Below the pieces are notes generated by a model. That model ran no database searches, had not been told where the DNA came from, and was given only the letters and a program-made list of their open reading frames with translations. The position numbers and the translations under genes were made by a program. This document shows positions 59,609-64,000 of a stretch of DNA of 64,000 nt, one piece after another; position 1 is the stretch's first letter; each line of letters opens with the position of its first letter. Origin of the DNA: an uncultured Pelagibacteraceae bacterium (lineage in GTDB: Bacteria; Pseudomonadota; Alphaproteobacteria; Pelagibacterales; Pelagibacteraceae); contig CACGEC010000001.1 in assembly GCA_902572005.1 (NCBI GenBank), positions 21,020-85,019 of the forward strand, in the 5' to 3' direction.

Positions 59609-60759
59609 TGAGTTTAAAAGATTGTTATAATTTCGAGGATTTTAGAAACTTAGCGAAGAAAAAATTACCCTCTCCTATCTTTCATTACATAGATGGTGGG
59701 TCAGATGATGAGTCGACACTAAGGAGAAATACAGATTCTTTTAATGATTGTGATTTGGTTCCTAATGTTCTTGCTTCTGTTGGTAAACCTGACTTATCAA
59801 CAACTTTGTTTGGAAGGAAGATTGATATGCCAATTTTTTTATCCCCTGCTGCAATGCAAAGACTTTATCATCCAGATGGAGATAGAGCATCAGCCAAAGC
59901 TGCAGAAAAATTTAATACTTTTTACAGTATGTCTTCTATGGGAAATAATACTATTGAAGAAGTTTCAAACATTTCAAGTGGTCCAAAATTATTTCAACTT
60001 TATGTTCATAAAGATAGGTCAATTTCAGATGATTTAATTGATAGATCTAGAAGGTCTGGTTTTGATGCTATGTGTTTAACAGTAGATACTTTAGTTGCAG
60101 GTAATAGAGAAAAAGATCATAGAACAGGATTTACTACACCACCAAAACTCACAATTCAAAGCTTGATGAGTTTTGCAATGCGTCCTAAATGGGTATTTAA
60201 TTATTTAACTGGTAAAAGATTTGAATTATCAAATGTAAAAAAAAAGACCGATAAAGGAACAAATATCACAAAATCAGTCATTGAGTATATTAATGAACAG
60301 TACGATCCAGCTATGAGTTGGAAAGATGCTGAGTACTGTGCAAAAAAATGGAATGGGCCTTTTGCATTAAAAGGCGTTATGTCAGTTGAAGATGCTAAAA
60401 GAGCTATTGATATTGGATGTACAGCAATCATGATATCAAATCATGGTGGTCGTCAATTAGATGGATCTAGATCGCCCTTCGATCAGGTTAAAGCAATTTC
60501 AGATGCAGTGGGTGACAAGCTTGAGATTATTTTAGATGGTGGTGTGAGAAGAGGGACTCATGTATTAAAAGCTATAGCAGCAGGCGCTAAAGCTTGTAGC
60601 TTTGGAAAAATGTTTTTGTTCTCATTAGCCGCTGGTGGTCAACAAGGTGTTGAACATTTATTACAAAACATGCATGATGAAATAAATCGAAATATGGTTT
60701 TAATGGGATGTAAAAATCTTAGTGAGTTGAATAGTTCAAAATTAATTTATAGAAAATAA
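59608..60759 (+). CDS. FMN-dependent alpha-hydroxy acid oxidase/dehydrogenase, paralog 2
   Basis: HYIDG, FQLY, TVDT, SNHGGRQLDG, DGGVRRG; GTG start overlaps the paralog 1 stop. Confidence 0.94.
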   Translation: MSLKDCYNFEDFRNLAKKKLPSPIFHYIDGGSDDESTLRRNTDSFNDCDLVPNVLASVGKPDLSTTLFGRKIDMPIFLSPAAMQRLYHPDGDRASAKAAEKFNTFYSMSSMGNNTIEEVSNISSGPKLFQLYVHKDRSISDDLIDRSRRSGFDAMCLTVDTLVAGNREKDHRTGFTTPPKLTIQSLMSFAMRPKWVFNYLTGKRFELSNVKKKTDKGTNITKSVIEYINEQYDPAMSWKDAEYCAKKWNGPFALKGVMSVEDAKRAIDIGCTAIMISNHGGRQLDGSRSPFDQVKAISDAVGDKLEIILDGGVRRGTHVLKAIAAGAKACSFGKMFLFSLAAGGQQGVEHLLQNMHDEINRNMVLMGCKNLSELNSSKLIYRK

Positions 60760-60831
60760 ATTCAATTACTTATAAAAACTAGATATAAAAAAAATAAATT
60801 TATCAATTGAATAAAAATACTAGGATGAATT

Positions 60832-61998
60832 ATGAAATTAGCAAAAAATTTAGAAAACCTTGGAACTGAATCAGCTTTTGCAGTTTTAGCAGAAGCGAAA
60901 AAGTTAGAGGCTAAAGGTAACCCTATGATACACATGGGTTTAGGACAGCCAGATTTTAAAACACCTAAACACGTTGTAGAGGCTGCAAAAAAAGCTTTGG
61001 ATGATGGCCATCATGGGTATGTGATGTCTAATGGTATTCCTGAATGCAGACAAGCAGTTACAAGATGGATTAAAAAAAGATATGACGTTGAAATTGATTT
61101 TGAAAGAATTTTGATTATGCCTGGTGGAAAGCCAACTATGAGTTATGCAATACAATGTTTTGGTGAACCAGGAGCAGAAATTATTCATCCAACACCAGCT
61201 TTTCCTATATATGAGTCTATGATTAATTATACGGGCTCAACCTCTGTACCATATGATTTAACTGAGGATAAAGATTTAAAATTTAAAGCAGATAAAATTC
61301 TTTCTTTAATAACAGACAAAACAAGATTGTTAATATTAATTAATCCAAATAATCCAACTGGAAGTTTTGTTGAAAAACCAGAAATAGATAAATTAGCTGA
61401 AGGTTTAAAGAAACATCCCCATGTAACAATTTTGAGTGATGAAATATACAGTAGGCAAATTTTTGATAATAAGGAAATGCCTACATTTTTTAATTATCCA
61501 GAATTAAGAGAAAGATTAATTGTGCTAGAAGGTTGGAGTAAAGCCTATTCCATGACGGGATGGAGATTAGGTTGGAGTTTTTGGCCTAAAGATTTAGTTC
61601 AGCATGTTAACAAACTTTTAATAAACAGTGTATCATGTGTTAACGCTGCTGCTCAGTTTGCAGGAATAGCTGCACTTGACGGCCCTGATGATTCAATACA
61701 TGAAATGATGAAGAAGTTCACTGAAAGAAGAAAATTAATTCATGAGGGATTAAATAGCTTACCAGGTGTTGAATGTAGCTTACCAGGTGGAGCTTTTTAT
61801 GCATTTCCAAAAGTTATTGGAACAGGAATGAATGGAGCTGAATTCTGTAAAAAGGCAATGCATGACGCAGGGGTTGCAATTGTTCCTGGAACGGCATTTG
61901 GTAAAACTTGTAGTGATTATGTTAGATTTAGCTTTGCGTGTTCACAACAAAATATTTCTGATGCATTGGAAAATTTGAAAAAAATGCTGTCTAAATAA
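60832..61998 (+). CDS. PLP-dependent class I/II aminotransferase (AspC-like)
   Basis: GQPDF, NPNNPTG, SDEIY, SKAYSMTGWRLG. Confidence 0.93.
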   Translation: MKLAKNLENLGTESAFAVLAEAKKLEAKGNPMIHMGLGQPDFKTPKHVVEAAKKALDDGHHGYVMSNGIPECRQAVTRWIKKRYDVEIDFERILIMPGGKPTMSYAIQCFGEPGAEIIHPTPAFPIYESMINYTGSTSVPYDLTEDKDLKFKADKILSLITDKTRLLILINPNNPTGSFVEKPEIDKLAEGLKKHPHVTILSDEIYSRQIFDNKEMPTFFNYPELRERLIVLEGWSKAYSMTGWRLGWSFWPKDLVQHVNKLLINSVSCVNAAAQFAGIAALDGPDDSIHEMMKKFTERRKLIHEGLNSLPGVECSLPGGAFYAFPKVIGTGMNGAEFCKKAMHDAGVAIVPGTAFGKTCSDYVRFSFACSQQNISDALENLKKMLSK

Positions 61999-62036
61999 GG
62001 TATATTTTTTTAAAAATTTTTACTAATATCTCTAGT

Positions 62037-63410
62037 ATGTACGAACAAGTTCAAGAAGAATTGAAAAAGATTTTTAATGGAAGATTTTCCACCTCTGAGT
62101 CCACGAGAGCCAACTACGCGAGAGGTGAAGACACTTACGATCCGATACTTTCACAAGCTGTAGTTTTTCCCGAAACAAATGATGAGGTTTCAAAAATATT
62201 GGCATTATGTAATCAACACAAAGTTCCAGTTGTTCCTTATGGGACAGGAACTTCATTAGAGGGCAATGTAGTTGGAAATGAAAAAGGGATAACAATCTCA
62301 CTTGAAAAGATGAATAATATTTTAGATGTAAATGTTGATGATTTTGATTGCAGAGTGCAAGCTTGTGTAACAAAAGAACAATTAAATGATTATTTAAGAG
62401 AAGATGGGGTTTTTTTTCCTATTGATCCGGGTGCAAATGCAGCTATTGGTGGTATGGCCTCAACATCAGCATCTGGTACAATGGCGGTTAAGTACGGGAC
62501 AATGAAAACTGTTATCACTGGGCTGACAGTCGTTTTAGCTAATGGGGACATCATCACTACAGGTGGTAGAACAAAAAAAACTTCTGCTGGATATAATTTG
62601 ACTAATTTATTTATTGGATCCGAGGGAACTTTAGGAATTATTACTGAAGTTCAACTAAGATTATCACCTATACCAGAAAGTATTATGAGTGCTGTATGTC
62701 ATTTTTCTACTTTAGAAAGTGCAGTACAAACTGCTCAACAAGTAATTCAATATGGAGTACCAATTGCAAGAATTGAAATGCTTAACAAAGATCAAATGGA
62801 AATTAGCATTAATTACTCACAATTAAATAATGTTAAAGCAGTCCCAACTTTATTTTTTGAATTTCATGGATCCGAGGCTTCGAATAATGAAAACATAAAG
62901 ATTGTTGAAGAAATTTCTAATGACAATAATGGAAGTTCCTTTAAATGGGCAAAAGATCTGGCAGAAAGAAATAAATTATGGCAGGCAAGATGGGACGTTT
63001 ACTATTCTGTTAAAGCTTTAATTAATAATGGAAGAGTTTACTCAACAGATGTTTGTCTTCCAATCTCAAAAATAACTGAATGTGTAAATTATGCTGAAGA
63101 ACAGACAAAAAAATTTGGATTAAGAGCACCAATGGTGGGACATCTCGGAGATGGAAATTTTCATGTTCTTCTTCCTTTTGATCCAGCAAAAAAAGAAACA
63201 TACAAAAAAATTAGGGAATTTAATGATTTATTAATAAAAAAAGCTCTTGAGTTAAACGGAACTATTACAGGAGAACACGGTGTTGGTCTTCACAAAAAAG
63301 AGTATTTGCTTGAACAACATCCTGATAATATTCCTGTTATGAAATCAATTAAAAGAACCATGGATCCAAATAATATAATGAACCCTGGTAAAATTTTTGA
63401 TTTAAATTAA
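62037..63410 (+). CDS. FAD-linked oxidase, D-lactate/glycolate dehydrogenase (Dld/GlcD-like)
   Basis: GTGTSLEG, FPIDPGA, GSEGTLGII, GHLGDGNFH, GEHGVG, MNPGK. Confidence 0.9.
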   Translation: MYEQVQEELKKIFNGRFSTSESTRANYARGEDTYDPILSQAVVFPETNDEVSKILALCNQHKVPVVPYGTGTSLEGNVVGNEKGITISLEKMNNILDVNVDDFDCRVQACVTKEQLNDYLREDGVFFPIDPGANAAIGGMASTSASGTMAVKYGTMKTVITGLTVVLANGDIITTGGRTKKTSAGYNLTNLFIGSEGTLGIITEVQLRLSPIPESIMSAVCHFSTLESAVQTAQQVIQYGVPIARIEMLNKDQMEISINYSQLNNVKAVPTLFFEFHGSEASNNENIKIVEEISNDNNGSSFKWAKDLAERNKLWQARWDVYYSVKALINNGRVYSTDVCLPISKITECVNYAEEQTKKFGLRAPMVGHLGDGNFHVLLPFDPAKKETYKKIREFNDLLIKKALELNGTITGEHGVGLHKKEYLLEQHPDNIPVMKSIKRTMDPNNIMNPGKIFDLN

Positions 63411-63418
63411 ACTTAATC

Positions 63419-64000
63419 ATGAAAAAAATTTTAATTACTAGAAAATTATTAAGAGAATGTGAAGATAAAGCAGCAAAAATTTTTGAAGCGAGCTTTAATA
63501 GTAATGATGAATTATATTCTCAATCAAAAGTAATTGAAATGAGCAAAGGTTATGATGGTATTCTTACTTCTCTAACTGACAAAATGGATGCTGAAACAAT
63601 TAATAAGCTACCCGACACAATAAAGATATTATCAAATTTTGCAGTGGGTTTTGGAAATATCGATTTAGAAGCTGCAAAAAAAAGAGGAATAGCCGTAACT
63701 AATACGCCAGATGTACTTACAGATGCCACAGCAGAAATCGGAATATTATTAATATTAGGGGCATGTAGAAGAGCTCATGAGGGTATTCTAGACGCGAAAG
63801 AGAGTAATTGGAAATGGTCAGCAGATTATTTAATTGGCAAGCAATTAACTGGCTCAAGATTAGGAATTTTAGGCATGGGTAGAATAGGTCAAAAAATTGC
63901 AAAAATTGCTAAATCTTTAGGAATGATAATTCATTATCATAATCGTTCAAAACTAAGTAATGAAAAAGAAGATGGTGCTATTTATCATGATAATTTGAAA
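63419..64000 (+). CDS. D-2-hydroxyacid dehydrogenase (glyoxylate/hydroxypyruvate reductase-like), 3' truncated; missing from ORF track
   Basis: MKKILITR, NFAVGFGNID, TNTPDVLTDATAE, GILGMGRIG. Confidence 0.9.
   Translation, partial: MKKILITRKLLRECEDKAAKIFEASFNSNDELYSQSKVIEMSKGYDGILTSLTDKMDAETINKLPDTIKILSNFAVGFGNIDLEAAKKRGIAVTNTPDVLTDATAEIGILLILGACRRAHEGILDAKESNWKWSADYLIGKQLTGSRLGILGMGRIGQKIAKIAKSLGMIIHYHNRSKLSNEKEDGAIYHDNLK

Noticed and set aside
61755-61789. 14-bp direct repeat TAGCTTACCAGGTG in the aminotransferase (also ALKK-ALKK in hisB)
   Set aside because: Only two copies, both encoding a repeated peptide; not a CRISPR or mobile-element repeat
898-63902. Many 60-145 aa ORFs antisense to or nested in real genes (e.g. 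3921-4289, 15016-15453, 34903-35232, 40382-40780, 50075-50467, 63717-63902)
   Set aside because: Shadow frames of well-supported genes; no motifs or independent expression signals

Overview
AT-rich, very gene-dense alphaproteobacterial chromosome segment. Intergenic gaps are often 0-10 bp, and the gene content and order are typical of SAR11 / Ca. Pelagibacterales (inferred, not searched). It spans the probable replication origin between hemE and the PDRP gene, with holA-parB-parA-rsmG-mnmG-mnmE-rho-hemJHE on the left and maf-aroE-coaE-dnaQ on the right; a parS palindrome lies inside rsmG. Core genes follow: secB, hslUV, hisBHAFE, lolA-ftsK, tRNA-Gly(GCC), purH, rpe, an acetate-uptake/acs cluster, tsaD, hemCD and folD. 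Next come a two-photolyase (UV repair) block at about 43.4-48.7 kb, argG, hspQ, ccmCDEFGH and a 2-hydroxy-acid/aminotransferase cluster that runs off the right end. I saw no mobile elements, CRISPR arrays or rRNA. Best leads: (1) a candidate structured ncRNA in the unusually long hspQ-ccmC spacer; (2) a histone/protamine-like Lys/Arg N-terminal tail on acetyl-CoA synthetase; (3) an Fe-S-less (6-4)-type photolyase coupled to an unannotated 42-aa four-Cys protein and facing a domain-inverted photolyase; (4) tandem alpha-hydroxy-acid oxidases with reciprocal FMN-motif substitutions; (5) repeated signs of leaderless transcription.
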